64,000 nucleotides of DNA from Candidatus Eiseniibacteriota bacterium (GCA_041483195.1 JBGPFC010000024.1:1-64000); one strand, 5' to 3'. Positions 1-11,124 are shown, counted from the first letter of the stretch. Translations and numbers: made by a program. Notes: generated by a model from the letters alone, not told the origin.

Positions 1-2
1 AA

Positions 3-113
3 CGGCCACGCTGGCGACCCGACGATCGGCATCCGCTCAAACGGCTCGCTCATCCCGAGGCGCTCGATCCGGAAACCCCCAACCGCACCCGGACAAAATC
101 ACTGCGGAGTTAA
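3..113 (+). CDS. C-terminal fragment of a putative transposase (5' end outside window)
   Basis: Frame 3 reads RPRWRPDDRHPLKRLAHPEALDPETPNRTRTKSLRS* with TAA at 111-113. The PxxxHPxK/R tail resembles the P..HPW C-terminal motif I associate with ISNCY/IS1202 transposases. Confidence 0.5.
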   Translation, partial: RPRWRPDDRHPLKRLAHPEALDPETPNRTRTKSLRS

Positions 114-131
114 CCGGACAGAATCACTGCG
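89..131. repeat. Tandem 18-bp direct repeat (1 mismatch, 25-bp period), likely transposase binding sites
   Basis: ccggacaaaatcactgcg (89-106) and ccggacagaatcactgcg (114-131). Confidence 0.85.
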
Positions 132-735
132 TGACAACACGGCGCACCCGAAGCGGGCGCGAGAGAGTTCATCGCACGGCGGGAACATCACGCGCGGCGA
201 GGGATCGAGCGCACCCACAGAGGGTGGGGCGCTCGCGGGCCGGGGGCCTGATCGCGGCAAGATCATGGGCCCCGTCCGCGGTGACTGGATGTCGTGCGCT
301 GAGGCGTCGCACCGCGGAATCGGGGCCCGTCAAAACGTTCCCCGCATCGACCGTGTACCGGGCCGTTAGACTCCTTCGCTCGCGATAGGGGGATCAGCCC
401 ACAGCCGGCCAATCACGAGTCGAGCAGGGAACACATCGTCATCGAGTTCGAGGCCGGCGGCGCCGATCGGTTGCAGCGCCCGTGTCGCGCGATCGCGACC
501 TCCGCCGTCTGGCTTCACGGGGAGTCATCGCAAGCGCGGTGCCCGCGGGGAGGCGCGGCTCGACGCCGGGTGAGCGACCGGGCGCGATCGGTTGTGGGAT
601 CAGGCCTTAGGGGATTGTGGCGACTCCGGGAAGCCGGATACGGCGGGATACGGGTTCGGCCCGGAGCGCGGCCGGTTGGGGTTTTTCACGGACGCCGCGC
701 GCAAACGTGGGGGAATTCGCGAAACCGCCCCAGGG

Positions 736-1753
736 TCAGGGCGTCGCGCCGCCCTGCGCGGCCGCGGCGGCCGCCGGCGCTTCGTTCACCACCTGCTCCG
801 CGAAATGACACGAGGCCCAGTGGCCCGGGCTCACCTCGCGCAGGAGCGGCTCTTCCTTCGCGCAGATCTCGCGCGCCATGAAGCAACGCGGATGAAATCG
901 GCAACCGCTGGGGGGGCGGGCGGGGCTCGGCACGTCGCCCTTCAGCACGATCCGCCGGCGCCTGCGATCCGGATCGGGCACGGGAATCGCCGAGAGCAGC
1001 GAGACCGTGTAGGGATGGCGCGGGCTGCGGTAGAGCTCCTCGCTGTTCGCGAGCTCCGCGATCCTGCCCAGATACATCACGGCCACCCGATCGCTGATGT
1101 GCTCGACGACCGAGAGATCGTGCGCCACGAACAGGTAGGTGAGATGCAGTCGCCTCTGCAGATCGCGCAGCAGATTGATGATCTGCGCCTGGATCGAAAC
1201 GTCGAGCGCCGAGACCGGTTCGTCCGCGACGATCAGCTTCGGATTGACCGAGAGCGCACGGGCCACGCCGATGCGCTGGCGCTGACCGCCGGAGAACTCG
1301 TGCGGGTATCGCCGCGCGTGATCGGGCGAGAGGCCGACCTGGACCAGCAGCTCCGCCACACGGTCGCGCGCCTTCGCCCCGGTCGCGAGGTGGTGGATCG
1401 CGAGGGCTTCGCCCAGCATGCTGCCCACCGTGAGCCGGGGGTTCAGACTCGAGTACGGATCCTGGAAGACGATCTGCATGTCGCGACGCAGGGCACGCAT
1501 CGCGCCGCGGCCGAGCCCCGTGATCTCGCGCCCTTCGAATCGCACGCTGCCCGCGGTGGGTTCGATCAGCCGCAGGATGCAGCGCCCGGTGGTGGTCTTC
1601 CCGCAGCCGCTCTCCCCCACCAGCCCCAGCACTTCGCCGCGCTCGATCGAGAACGACACGCCGTCCACGGCTCGAACCTGCCCCACCACGCGCGAGAGCA
1701 ATCCCTTCTTGATCGGGAAGTGCTTGGTGAGGCCCTCGACCTGCAGCAGCGGT

Positions 1754-1761
<8 letters not shown>
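736..1761 (-). CDS. oppF: Oligopeptide/dipeptide ABC transporter ATP-binding protein (OppF/AppF)
   Basis: Walker [27 protein letters not shown]-terminal GCRFHPRC oligo_HPY motif. Confidence 0.93.
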
Positions 1762-2772
<1,011 letters not shown>

Positions 2773-2776
<4 letters not shown>

Positions 2777-3918
2777 GCCGACTTCCCTCCCAGCACCTTG
2801 CGCGGGTCGAGCGCGTCGCGCAGTCCGTCGCCGAAGAAATTGAAGGCCATGACCGTGACGAAGATCGCCGCCCCGGGAGCGAACAACATCCACGGAAACG
2901 AGGTCAGCACGCGGATGCTGCGCGCCTGATTCAGCATGTTTCCCCACGAGGCGCTCGGCTCCTGCACCCCGACGCCCAGGAACGAGAGGAAGACCTCGCC
3001 CAGGATGAAGCTCGGGATCGAGATGGTGGCCGCCACGATCACGAACGAGAGCGTGTTCGGCAGGATGTGCCGGCGGATGATCCGCAGCCGGCTCATGCCC
3101 AGCGCCTCGGCGGCGGCGACGTACTCCTGGCGCCGAATCGACAGCACCATGCCGCGGATGATGCGCGCGAGCCCCGCCCAGCCGATGAACGCCAGGATCG
3201 CCACGATCCCCAGGTAGATCTGCTGGCTCGGCATGTTGCTGGGAAACACGCTGCGCAACGCGACGATCAGGTAGAGGCCCGGAATGGTGAGCAGCAGCTC
3301 GGTCGAGCGCATGATGACGGTGTCCACCCAGCCGCCGAAGTAACCCGAGATCCCGCCCAGCAGCAGGCCGATCGTGAACGAGATCGCGATTCCTACCAGG
3401 CCCACCGTGAGCGAGATCTGCCCCCCGAACAGCAGCCGCGAGAACTGGTCGCGCCCGAACGGATCGGTGCCCAGCAGGTAGATGCGGGTCGGCGGGTCGA
3501 CCCCGAACAGGTGGCGGTCGCTGGGAATCAGGCCCAGCCAGCGGTAGCGCGCCCCGTGCACGAAGAACCGCACCGGCGATCTGACCGTGCGGTCCTCGCG
3601 GTAGGTGAGGCTCGCGGGGTCCGAGAGCGTGGTGAGCCGCACGAACGGGATGATGTGAAACCCGCCGCGCTCGTCCACCCAGTGGAGCCGTTGGGGCGGG
3701 TGGAAGAATCGGGCGCGATCCATCTCGCCCTGCGAATAGGGCGCAACGAATGACGCGAACAACGCGAGCGCGTAAAGCGCCACCAGTAGCGCGCCGCCCA
3801 GGACGCCGAGGTCGCTCTTGCGGAACTCGCGCCAGAAGATGCGCCACGGCGACTGCGGCGGTGCGGCACGGCCCTCGTCCACGGCCGGAGGCGAGCTCAC
3901 GCGCTCGCGCTCAGTCAT
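2773..3918 (-). CDS. oppC: Oligopeptide ABC transporter permease (OppC)
   Basis: [19 protein letters not shown] (EAA motif), [23 protein letters not shown]. Confidence 0.93.
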
Positions 3919-4879
3919 ACGCGATCCGCGGGTCCGCGATCGCGAGCAGCAGGTCGGCGACCAGGTTCCCGATCACGAGCACGACGGCCGCCATCAACAC
4001 CGAGCCCATCACCAGGTACTGGTCCTTCGCGAGGATCGCGTCGAGCGTGATCCGCCCCAGCCCCGGCCATGCGAAGATGACCTCCGCCACGAACGATCCG
4101 GACACCAGCGCGCCGAGCGTGTACCCGAACAGGGTGATGAGCGGGTTGATCGCGTTGCGCAGCGCGTGCTTGAACACCACGGTGTTCTCGTCGAGTCCCT
4201 TGGCTCGAGCCGTGGTCACGTAGTCGAGACGCAGCACGTCGAGCAGGTTGCCCCGCATCTGGCGCATGCGTCCCGCGAGCGGGATCAGACCCACGACGAA
4301 GGCCGGCAGGACCAGGTGGCGCGAGAGATCGGCGAGCTTGCCCATCGCGTCCAGGTCGTCGTAGTCGAGCGAACGCATCCCGCCCACCGGAAACCACCCG
4401 GTCTTCGCCGCGAGGAACAGGAGCAGCAGGCCGGAGAGCACCTCGGGCACCGAGAGACCGAGGAAGGCGAACACCGAGAGCGACTTGTCGACCCACCCGT
4501 ATTGCCGCATCGCGGCCCACACCCCGAGCGGAATCGCGAGACCCCACGTGATCACCGCCGCCGCCGAGGCCAGCAACAGCGTGTTGGCGAGCCCCTCGCG
4601 CAATACCACGAACACCGGCTGATGCCGCGAGAACGACTCGCCGAAGTCGAAATGAAGGAAGAGGTTCTTCAAGTACAGGGCGTACTGCACCCACCACGGG
4701 CGGTCGAGGCCGAAACGGTGCCGCATCGCCTCGATGGTCTCTGCGGAGATCGCGGGGTTCTCGGCCATCGTGTTCAGGAAATCCCCCGGCGCCAGCTTGA
4801 GCACGAGAAAGGTCAGCGCCGAGACGCCCAGCAACAACGGAATGATCTGGAGCAGGCGCCTGAGGATGTAGATCCGCAT
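3911..4879 (-). CDS. oppB: Oligopeptide ABC transporter permease (OppB)
   Basis: YILRRLL, DFGES, DYVTTARAKGL, HALRNA, EVIFAWPGLG, DPRI. Confidence 0.93.
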   Translation of the reverse strand: MRIYILRRLLQIIPLLLGVSALTFLVLKLAPGDFLNTMAENPAISAETIEAMRHRFGLDRPWWVQYALYLKNLFLHFDFGESFSRHQPVFVVLREGLANTLLLASAAAVITWGLAIPLGVWAAMRQYGWVDKSLSVFAFLGLSVPEVLSGLLLLFLAAKTGWFPVGGMRSLDYDDLDAMGKLADLSRHLVLPAFVVGLIPLAGRMRQMRGNLLDVLRLDYVTTARAKGLDENTVVFKHALRNAINPLITLFGYTLGALVSGSFVAEVIFAWPGLGRITLDAILAKDQYLVMGSVLMAAVVLVIGNLVADLLLAIADPRIAYD

Positions 4880-4891
4880 CGCGCGGCCGGC

Positions 4892-6712
4892 TCAGGCTCG
4901 CGCGCCGCCCGGCTTCACGAACACCTGCTCGATGTTCCACAGCAGCCGGTGCGGGATGACCGAGGGATGGATGTTTCCGAAGCGGTTTCGCGCCGGCATC
5001 TTCTGGATCTGGGTCGGGAGCCAGATGAACCAGCACTGGTCGTTCATGATCGTCTGGATCCGGTCCCAGGTGCGGTGGCGCATCGCCATGTCGTTGCTCG
5101 AAACGTTTTCGGAGATGAGCCGGTCGATCTCGGCTTCCGCCGGGGACTCGGGCTTCGGCTGCTTGATGTTCCAGTAGTGCGTGAGCCCGCTCGAGCGGTA
5201 CACGTTCTGCCCCATACCCGGATCGGGGGGAACGCCGCTCTGCAATCCGAGCAGGATCGCCTCGTACTGGAAGTCCTGCCGGAGATTGGTGATCAGCGTG
5301 TTGAAGTCCACCGGGGTGGGATCGCAGCGGACGCCCACCTTGGCCAGGTCCGCCTGGATGAAATTGCACATCGCGGTGCGGACCTTGTTGTCGCTGTTCG
5401 TCTTCATCGTGAACTCGATGGTGTGGCCCTTCCCGTCCTCGAGGAATCCGTCGCCGTTCGTGTCCTTCCAGCCCAACGAGGCGAGCAGCGCCTTCGCCTT
5501 CACCGGGTCGTAGTCGAAGTGCGGGAGGTCGGGGTTGTACCAGATCTTGTTCCCGGCCGTGGTGTTGCTGAAGTTCTTGACCGCCGCTCCGTAATACGCG
5601 CTCTGGATGATCGCCTCGCGGTCCACCGCCATCGACATCGCGCGCCGGAACACCGGGTTGCTGAACCACGCGTACTTCACGGGATCCACGCGCGGCGATC
5701 CGATCGGCTTGCCGCCCTTCGCGTCACGCACCTTGTTGAGATTGAACCAGAAGAAGCTCGTGTTGAGCGATGGCCCGACGTCGTACAGCGTGTAGTTGCC
5801 GGTCCTCTGATTGTCCTCGTACCACTTGTAATTCTCGGGCTTGACGTTGTCGATCCCGTCGGATTCGCCGGCGCGAAACTTGAGATCCGCCGCGTCCTGG
5901 TCGGGCACGATCAGGAACACCAGCTCGTCGAGGTAGGGCAGCCGCTGGCCCTGCTCGTCGACGCCGAACCAGTAGGGGTTGCGCGTGATGACCGTCTTTT
6001 CGCCAGGGACGTACTGCTTGAGGCGCCACGGCCCGCTCGTCACCAGGCTGTCGGGATCGATGCTGACGGTGTAGGCCGACGCGAAATCGCCGCGCCGATA
6101 GCTGGGTTCCAGCACGTGCTTCGGCATGATGCGGAGCGAGCCCACCGCGGGAACCATCAGCGCGTATGGCCCCGCGAGCTTCGTGACCACCGTGTACGAA
6201 TCGGGCGCCGTGACCTCGAATTTCTTCCCGCCCACCTTCAGCAGGTCCTGGATCGAGGGGTGCAGCGTGTCGTCATACGCGACCTCGAACGAGAACAACA
6301 CGTCTTCCGCCGTGATGGGATGCCCGTCGGAGAACGCCGCGCCGTGTCGCAGGTGCCAGGTCCACGTGAGGCCATCCCCGCTCGTGTCCCAGGATCGCGC
6401 GAGCATCGGGCCGTCCTGCTGGGTGGCATTGTTGAAGTCCGCGAGGGTCGTGAACATCCGTTCGGTGACGTCGGTGGTGGAGGTCTCGTTCCCCATGATG
6501 GCATTGAAGGTCTTCGGGCCCGCGGTCTGGCTCAGCACGAACCGGCCGCCGTAGTGCCCGATCTCGGGGGCGGGCACGGTCATGGTGTCGGCGGGAAGGG
6601 GATGCGTGTCCTTGAACGCCGACCCCGCCTGGCCCGCCACGCCGCCGCATCCGCCGATGCCGCACGCCAACGCGAAGGCAGCTACGCCGCTCACCACGAT
6701 CCGCCTGACCAT
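4892..6712 (-). CDS. oppA: Peptide ABC transporter substrate-binding lipoprotein (SBP family 5)
   Basis: Signal peptide with lipobox-like Cys; LARSWDTSGDGLTWTWHLRHGAAFSDGHPITAEDVLFS family-5 signature; first gene of the oppABCDF set. Confidence 0.9.
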   Translation of the reverse strand: MVRRIVVSGVAAFALACGIGGCGGVAGQAGSAFKDTHPLPADTMTVPAPEIGHYGGRFVLSQTAGPKTFNAIMGNETSTTDVTERMFTTLADFNNATQQDGPMLARSWDTSGDGLTWTWHLRHGAAFSDGHPITAEDVLFSFEVAYDDTLHPSIQDLLKVGGKKFEVTAPDSYTVVTKLAGPYALMVPAVGSLRIMPKHVLEPSYRRGDFASAYTVSIDPDSLVTSGPWRLKQYVPGEKTVITRNPYWFGVDEQGQRLPYLDELVFLIVPDQDAADLKFRAGESDGIDNVKPENYKWYEDNQRTGNYTLYDVGPSLNTSFFWFNLNKVRDAKGGKPIGSPRVDPVKYAWFSNPVFRRAMSMAVDREAIIQSAYYGAAVKNFSNTTAGNKIWYNPDLPHFDYDPVKAKALLASLGWKDTNGDGFLEDGKGHTIEFTMKTNSDNKVRTAMCNFIQADLAKVGVRCDPTPVDFNTLITNLRQDFQYEAILLGLQSGVPPDPGMGQNVYRSSGLTHYWNIKQPKPESPAEAEIDRLISENVSSNDMAMRHRTWDRIQTIMNDQCWFIWLPTQIQKMPARNRFGNIHPSVIPHRLLWNIEQVFVKPGGARA

Positions 6713-6746
6713 GACCCGATTCCCCCCTGGAAGGTCGCCCCGGTCC

Positions 6747-7556
6747 TCACGAAGCCCGCGGAGTATAGGAACCGCGTTCCGCGGGGGTCAACTGAAACGC
6801 TCCGGCCGCGGCATCGAGTCGACGAGTGCCGGCCGGCAGCTCGGCCGCGAGCGCCTCGGCCCAGCGCTCGAGCGGCGGCGCCGCGCCGAGCCGGTCTCCC
6901 GCGTGCGCCGTCGAGGCTTCGAGCGAGCGCCGCGCCCGCTCGCGCGATGCATCCGGCATCGCGAGATAGTCCGCGAGCCGCAGATGGCCGGGTCCGAGCA
7001 ACACGCTCCCCTGCTGGAGCAGGGCGTGCGCGGTACGGCGCTGCGCGCTTCCCACCAGCTTCCGCCCTCCGAGCACGATCTCGTGGCGCGCGGTCGCGGC
7101 GAAGCATGCATCGGGAGCGCGCCCCGCGGGAGCGACCGACCGCCCGCCCGCGGCGAGCGATGCCGGAACTCCGAGCCGGACCAGCGAGCGCACGACCAGC
7201 GCGGAGGCGCGAGCGTAGGCCTCCGTGAGCGAGCCCCCCCATTCCGGATCCGCGATCGTCGCGGCGATCGAATACGTCCACTCGTCCGCGTGGAAGATCG
7301 CGCGTCCCCCGGTGGGACGCACCGCCCACGGCACCCCGGCGCGCTCGCAGCGCGCGAGGTCCAGGGTGCGAGCGGGGTCCTGCGAGCGACCGAGCGTGAT
7401 TCCGGGCGGCGCGAAGCGAAACACCCGGAGCACCGCCCCGATCCGCGCGGCGCCGCCGCCCTCGCCCCGCGCCGCGGCGTCCGCCGCCTCGAGCAGGGCG
7501 AGGTCGCGCCGCATGTTCTCGGCCGGATCGTGCCCGCCGTCACACCACAGGATCAT
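6747..7556 (-). CDS. Lipoate-protein ligase family, LipM-like octanoyltransferase
   Basis: ENMRRD, RPTGGRAIFH, ACF, GRKLVGSAQRR, QQGS. Single BPL/LplA catalytic domain without the LplA C-terminal domain. Confidence 0.82.
   Translation of the reverse strand: MILWCDGGHDPAENMRRDLALLEAADAAARGEGGGAARIGAVLRVFRFAPPGITLGRSQDPARTLDLARCERAGVPWAVRPTGGRAIFHADEWTYSIAATIADPEWGGSLTEAYARASALVVRSLVRLGVPASLAAGGRSVAPAGRAPDACFAATARHEIVLGGRKLVGSAQRRTAHALLQQGSVLLGPGHLRLADYLAMPDASRERARRSLEASTAHAGDRLGAAPPLERWAEALAAELPAGTRRLDAAAGAFQLTPAERGSYTPRAS
6762..6791 (-). promoter_or_regulatory. Sigma70-like promoter for the opp operon (inside 3' end of the lipM-like gene)
   Basis: TTGACC-N18-TATACT on the minus strand, about 50 nt upstream of the oppA ATG. 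Confidence 0.6.
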
Positions 7557-7626
7557 GCGGGCTTGCGGGGCGGCGATGGACTCGGGCGGCGCCTTAGGAT
7601 CGGGCGCGCGCGGCGCGCCGCGCGGC

Positions 7627-8319
7627 TCAGCGCGTGAAGCCGAGCCAGTCGTCGACCAGGAACTGGAGGCGTCCGATCAGGAGCGATACCCGCGACATCA
7701 CGGTGTATCCGTAGCCGGCGCCGAAGCCCACCATCAGGAAGAAGATCCCGAGCTTGGACGCGACGCCGAGCGCTCCCTTGTGCTCGCGGCTGAAGAAGAA
7801 GAACAGCAGCGAGCAGATGAGCCCCACCGTGAAGATGACAGCGCTCAGGCTGTCGCCGACGTTACCCGTCCACAGCGGCTGAAGGCTGGCCTGCGCCTGC
7901 GCGACCAGGTCGCCCTGAGCGAAGCCCGTGGTCTTGATGCCGGCGTACACGCCGATGATCACCGCGAGCGACCAGCGCGACAACCAGCCGATCTTTCCGA
8001 ACAGGCGGGTGAACAGCAGCACGCCGAGGATGCCGGGGATCACCAGCCACATGCGGTAGTCGCCCAGCTCGGCCGCCATCATCCCGGTCCGCGCCCCGTT
8101 GATGCCGTGGCCCCCCGCCGCGCGCGCCAGCGGCGACCAGAGATTGGGAACGATCACGGTCCAGTAGTTCAGGATGATGTAGTAGCCGGCCGACACGCCG
8201 ACGAACAGGTGCTCCGCGAACTTGTAGAACGGGTTGTCCTTGTAGAGGAAGCTGAAGATGCACAGCGTGAGCGCCGCGCCGATCCAGATGCCGAAGTCGT
8301 GCGAGGGATGGAGCGTCAT
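7627..8319 (-). CDS. Uncharacterised polytopic membrane protein (230 aa)
   Basis: ATG 8319 (MTLHPSHDFGIWIG) overlaps the upstream stop. About 6 hydrophobic segments; SFLYKDNPFYKFAEHLFVGVSAGY and FGAGYGYTVMSR motifs. Confidence 0.8.
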   Translation of the reverse strand: MTLHPSHDFGIWIGAALTLCIFSFLYKDNPFYKFAEHLFVGVSAGYYIILNYWTVIVPNLWSPLARAAGGHGINGARTGMMAAELGDYRMWLVIPGILGVLLFTRLFGKIGWLSRWSLAVIIGVYAGIKTTGFAQGDLVAQAQASLQPLWTGNVGDSLSAVIFTVGLICSLLFFFFSREHKGALGVASKLGIFFLMVGFGAGYGYTVMSRVSLLIGRLQFLVDDWLGFTR

Positions 8320-9149
8320 GCCTTCACCTCCCGGCTCTTGCTCCACTGCACCACGTTTCCGAGCAGGATGCAGAGCGCAACGAAGTAGTGCGCGAGAGAC
8401 TGGGCATCCATGCCGCGCGTGGCGGTGCCCTTCTCCTTGCGCGCCTTCTCGTATTCTGCGGCTCCCGCCATGCCGCCCAGCAGCCCGCGCAGCTGGTGCG
8501 ACTGGAGGTATGGGTAGTACTCGGGCGCGCTCACCGCGGTGACACCGGCCACCATCGGCAGATGGAAGCGGGCCTCGACCTGCTGCACCCACTCCTTGGT
8601 GCCCGGATAGCCCGCCGAGATGCTCACCAGCAGCGGAAAGCTCGAGTAGTCCCGCACCCCCTGCATGATCGGCATGGATCGCGTGTCGTCGCCCCTGTAA
8701 TCCTTCGGGAACGCGTTCACGATCCCCTGGCCCATCAGCACCATGACCGCTTCGTTGCCCGCCTTGTATCCGAGATTGACGTAGTCCACGCCGTACTTGA
8801 GCGTCGGATACTCCTGCTCGACGATCTGCCGCAGCACGCGATCGACGAGGCCCGGGCCGCCATTCCAGAGGACGGTGACGACCACCTTGCAGTGCTTGTC
8901 GAGCAGGTGCCGCAGCGCGGTCTTCGTCATCGGCACCACCTCGGGAATCGCGCCGGGATCGTAATCGCACGACATGAGCACCGTCGATCCGTTCGGAATC
9001 GCGTCCATCGCGTCGACGAAGCCCTGGACCGGGGGCGAAACGTAGAGCGGCAGCGCGAGCGGGAACAGCAGCGGCAGGAGCACCAGCAGGCCCATCGCGC
9101 CAAACAGCCAGCGCCGGTCCAGCTTTTCGATCGATTGCAGGAGGGACAC
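8316..9149 (-). CDS. Uncharacterised membrane-anchored protein (277 aa)
   Basis: N-terminal and C-terminal TM segments flank a soluble alpha/beta domain (DYDPG..PE, GVDYVNLGY, GLLGGMAGAAEYE). Tight spacing with neighbours. Confidence 0.8.
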   Translation of the reverse strand: MSLLQSIEKLDRRWLFGAMGLLVLLPLLFPLALPLYVSPPVQGFVDAMDAIPNGSTVLMSCDYDPGAIPEVVPMTKTALRHLLDKHCKVVVTVLWNGGPGLVDRVLRQIVEQEYPTLKYGVDYVNLGYKAGNEAVMVLMGQGIVNAFPKDYRGDDTRSMPIMQGVRDYSSFPLLVSISAGYPGTKEWVQQVEARFHLPMVAGVTAVSAPEYYPYLQSHQLRGLLGGMAGAAEYEKARKEKGTATRGMDAQSLAHYFVALCILLGNVVQWSKSREVKA

Positions 9150-9153
9150 GGGG

Positions 9154-9804
9154 TTACTCCTCGCCGCTCAGGTAGGAGCGCTCGATCCCGAGGATCACGC
9201 GCAGGCCGGTCGCCATCACCCCGAGCGCGGCACCCATCAGGATCGCGCGCTTCGACGCGTTCTGCGGAATCTCCATGATCCACTCCTGGATCGCCTGCAG
9301 CCGCAGCGGCTCCGGCACCCCGCTCATCAGCCAGTTCGTGAGCGGCACGCGCCCCAGCATCACGATCAGCGCGGCGGCCGCGAGCAGCCCGGCCTCGATC
9401 GTGCGAATTCGGAAGGCGCGGAAGGCGGCGGAGGCGATGAAGAACGCGAGCAGGGCGAACATCGTGGCCTGCATCGAGGAGTAGAGGTTGTCGTAGATCC
9501 ATTTCGAGCGGGTGCCCGGGTTCAGGAAGCCCTCGCCTTCGACCGCTCCGATGACCACCGTCGCGATCAGCGAGAACACCAGCACGATCTTGTACTGCCA
9601 CCCGGCCTGCCGCTTGTAGATGCCGTCGAAATTGACCCGCAGCGCGTTCGCGCCGCCCAGCACGTATCCGAACGCGACGAGGATCACGGCGCACTGCTGG
9701 AGGAAGTCGGCGGGCACGCTCACCACCTGATGCGGCACGAAGAACGACAGGATCATGAAGAGCCCGATCGCGGCGGTGATGAACAGCGGAACCTCGCGCT
9801 TCAT
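9154..9804 (-). CDS. Uncharacterised polytopic membrane protein (216 aa)
   Basis: About 6 TM segments; ATMFALLAFFIASAAFRAFR and LRVILGIERSYL motifs; RBS GAGGA. Confidence 0.8.
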   Translation of the reverse strand: MKREVPLFITAAIGLFMILSFFVPHQVVSVPADFLQQCAVILVAFGYVLGGANALRVNFDGIYKRQAGWQYKIVLVFSLIATVVIGAVEGEGFLNPGTRSKWIYDNLYSSMQATMFALLAFFIASAAFRAFRIRTIEAGLLAAAALIVMLGRVPLTNWLMSGVPEPLRLQAIQEWIMEIPQNASKRAILMGAALGVMATGLRVILGIERSYLSGEE

Positions 9805-9814
9805 GCGGGTCCTC

Positions 9815-11083
9815 TCACTGGGTCGCCATCCACTGGCTCAGCCAGTGGACATGGAAGGTCTCGAGGAAGCAGCCGATCAGCACCGCGACGATCACCGCGA
9901 GCTTGAGCAGATCCCCGCCCTTCAGGCTGCCGACCAGCTTGGGCTCGCCTGAGAGGTAGGCGCTCGCCGCGTAGAGTTCCTCGCCGATCAGGGTGTAGTC
10001 ACACGCCACGACGAAGAACGGAAGCTGGTGAACGTTGGCGGTGCCCGCCACCTGGATGGCGCCGGTGGCGAAGCCGGTCTCCGCGAGCAGCAGCGACTCC
10101 GCGAAGAACGCGCCCATGAAGATGTGGGCGGCCGGCCGGTCGCGCAGCATGATCCCGGTGATCGCGGCGACGTACGCGAACTGCTCGGGCGAGACGAACC
10201 GAACGCTGTCCGGGTTGTACTGATCGGGGCGCCCCGCGTGCAGGTAGCCGCCCTTGACCATTTCCTCGGCGATCGTGAACGGGATCGGGTACGCCACCGG
10301 CACGGTGATCGGGGTCTCGTACTTGGCGGTGAGCCGGGCGACGCTCTCGAGGATGACGAGGCCGGCCACGGTCTGGATGTCGTCGATGTCGGTGATGCCC
10401 GGGATGAAGAGCACCGGGCGGCCCATCTCGGTCGCGCGCCCGATCGCCTCCTCGATCGCGTCGATTCCGGGAATGCGCCGCACGAACGGCTTCTTGCCCG
10501 ACTGGGCGCTCGCGATGAAGTAGAGGACGAACGCGAAGAACGAGAGCAGGAACACCAGCACGCTCCAGCGCGTCTGATTGATCCACTCCGAGACCGCGCG
10601 CGCCGGCCCGGTCACGCTCAGCGCCGGGGTGCGTCCCCCCGGACCGGCGGCCGAGATGCGGTAGAAGTAGTCGACGTTGCGGCGGACCGACTGATCGGTC
10701 TTGTGCGACGCGCCCGCCGCGGCCGAGTCGACGTCCACCCACGGCCCGCCCGGTGCCTCGGAGCGCTCGATGAAGTAGGCAAGCACGCGGCCGCTGCTGT
10801 CATCGGGCGAGAGCGTCCAGGCCAGCTCGATCCCGCGGCCGGCGTCGTTGACCACGTCGTGCCAGAACAATCCGGAGGCGGGTGCCGGAGCCGGAATCGA
10901 GGCCGGAGGGGCCGCGTTCTGGGCGGAGGCGGCGGAGGTGAGGGTGGCGAGCAGGACGGCCGCGGCCAGCGCTTCGATGCGGATTCGCGGACGCGCCTCA
11001 CTCCGTGGCAACGGGACCCCCGTCTCGGTGCGATTCCAATCCCGCGGTCCGCCTGCGTGTGGATCCCGCGGCCTTCGATGCAC
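9815..11083 (-). CDS. Fibronectin type III-like domain plus DUF6754-like membrane protein; true start probably TTG at 11011
   Basis: Signal peptide (ALAAAVLLATLTSAASA), then FN3-like IELAW...YFIERS...YFYRISA, a TM segment, RRIPGIDAIEEAIGRATEMGRP...DYTLIGEELYAASAYL and a C-terminal TM. DUF6754 label is from memory. Confidence 0.72.
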   Translation of the reverse strand: MHRRPRDPHAGGPRDWNRTETGVPLPRSEARPRIRIEALAAAVLLATLTSAASAQNAAPPASIPAPAPASGLFWHDVVNDAGRGIELAWTLSPDDSSGRVLAYFIERSEAPGGPWVDVDSAAAGASHKTDQSVRRNVDYFYRISAAGPGGRTPALSVTGPARAVSEWINQTRWSVLVFLLSFFAFVLYFIASAQSGKKPFVRRIPGIDAIEEAIGRATEMGRPVLFIPGITDIDDIQTVAGLVILESVARLTAKYETPITVPVAYPIPFTIAEEMVKGGYLHAGRPDQYNPDSVRFVSPEQFAYVAAITGIMLRDRPAAHIFMGAFFAESLLLAETGFATGAIQVAGTANVHQLPFFVVACDYTLIGEELYAASAYLSGEPKLVGSLKGGDLLKLAVIVAVLIGCFLETFHVHWLSQWMATQ

Positions 11084-11095
11084 GCGAACCCGGCG

Positions 11096-11124
11096 AAGCT
11101 AGAACGCGGCGCGCGGCATGTCAA
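11096..11124 (-). promoter_or_regulatory. Sigma70-like promoter upstream of the four-gene membrane module
   Basis: TTGACA-N17-TAGCTT on the minus strand in the intergenic gap. Confidence 0.65.

Larger units (their letters stand above)
1..139 (+). mobile_element. Right end of a putative IS1202/ISNCY-type insertion sequence (truncated by window edge)
   Basis: Two 18-bp direct repeats CCGGACA(A/G)AATCACTGCG at 89-106 and 114-131 are followed by ...TGACAACA (TGT terminus on the minus strand). An upstream frame ends within the repeat region. Confidence 0.65.

Noticed and set aside
89..131. Possible CRISPR repeat pair
   Set aside because: Only two 18-bp copies with a 7-nt spacer and no cas genes; better explained as an IS end.
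131..881. Short plus-strand ORFs 131-388 and 471-881
   Set aside because: Arg/Ala/Pro-rich with no RBS or recognisable motifs; the first starts inside the IS end.
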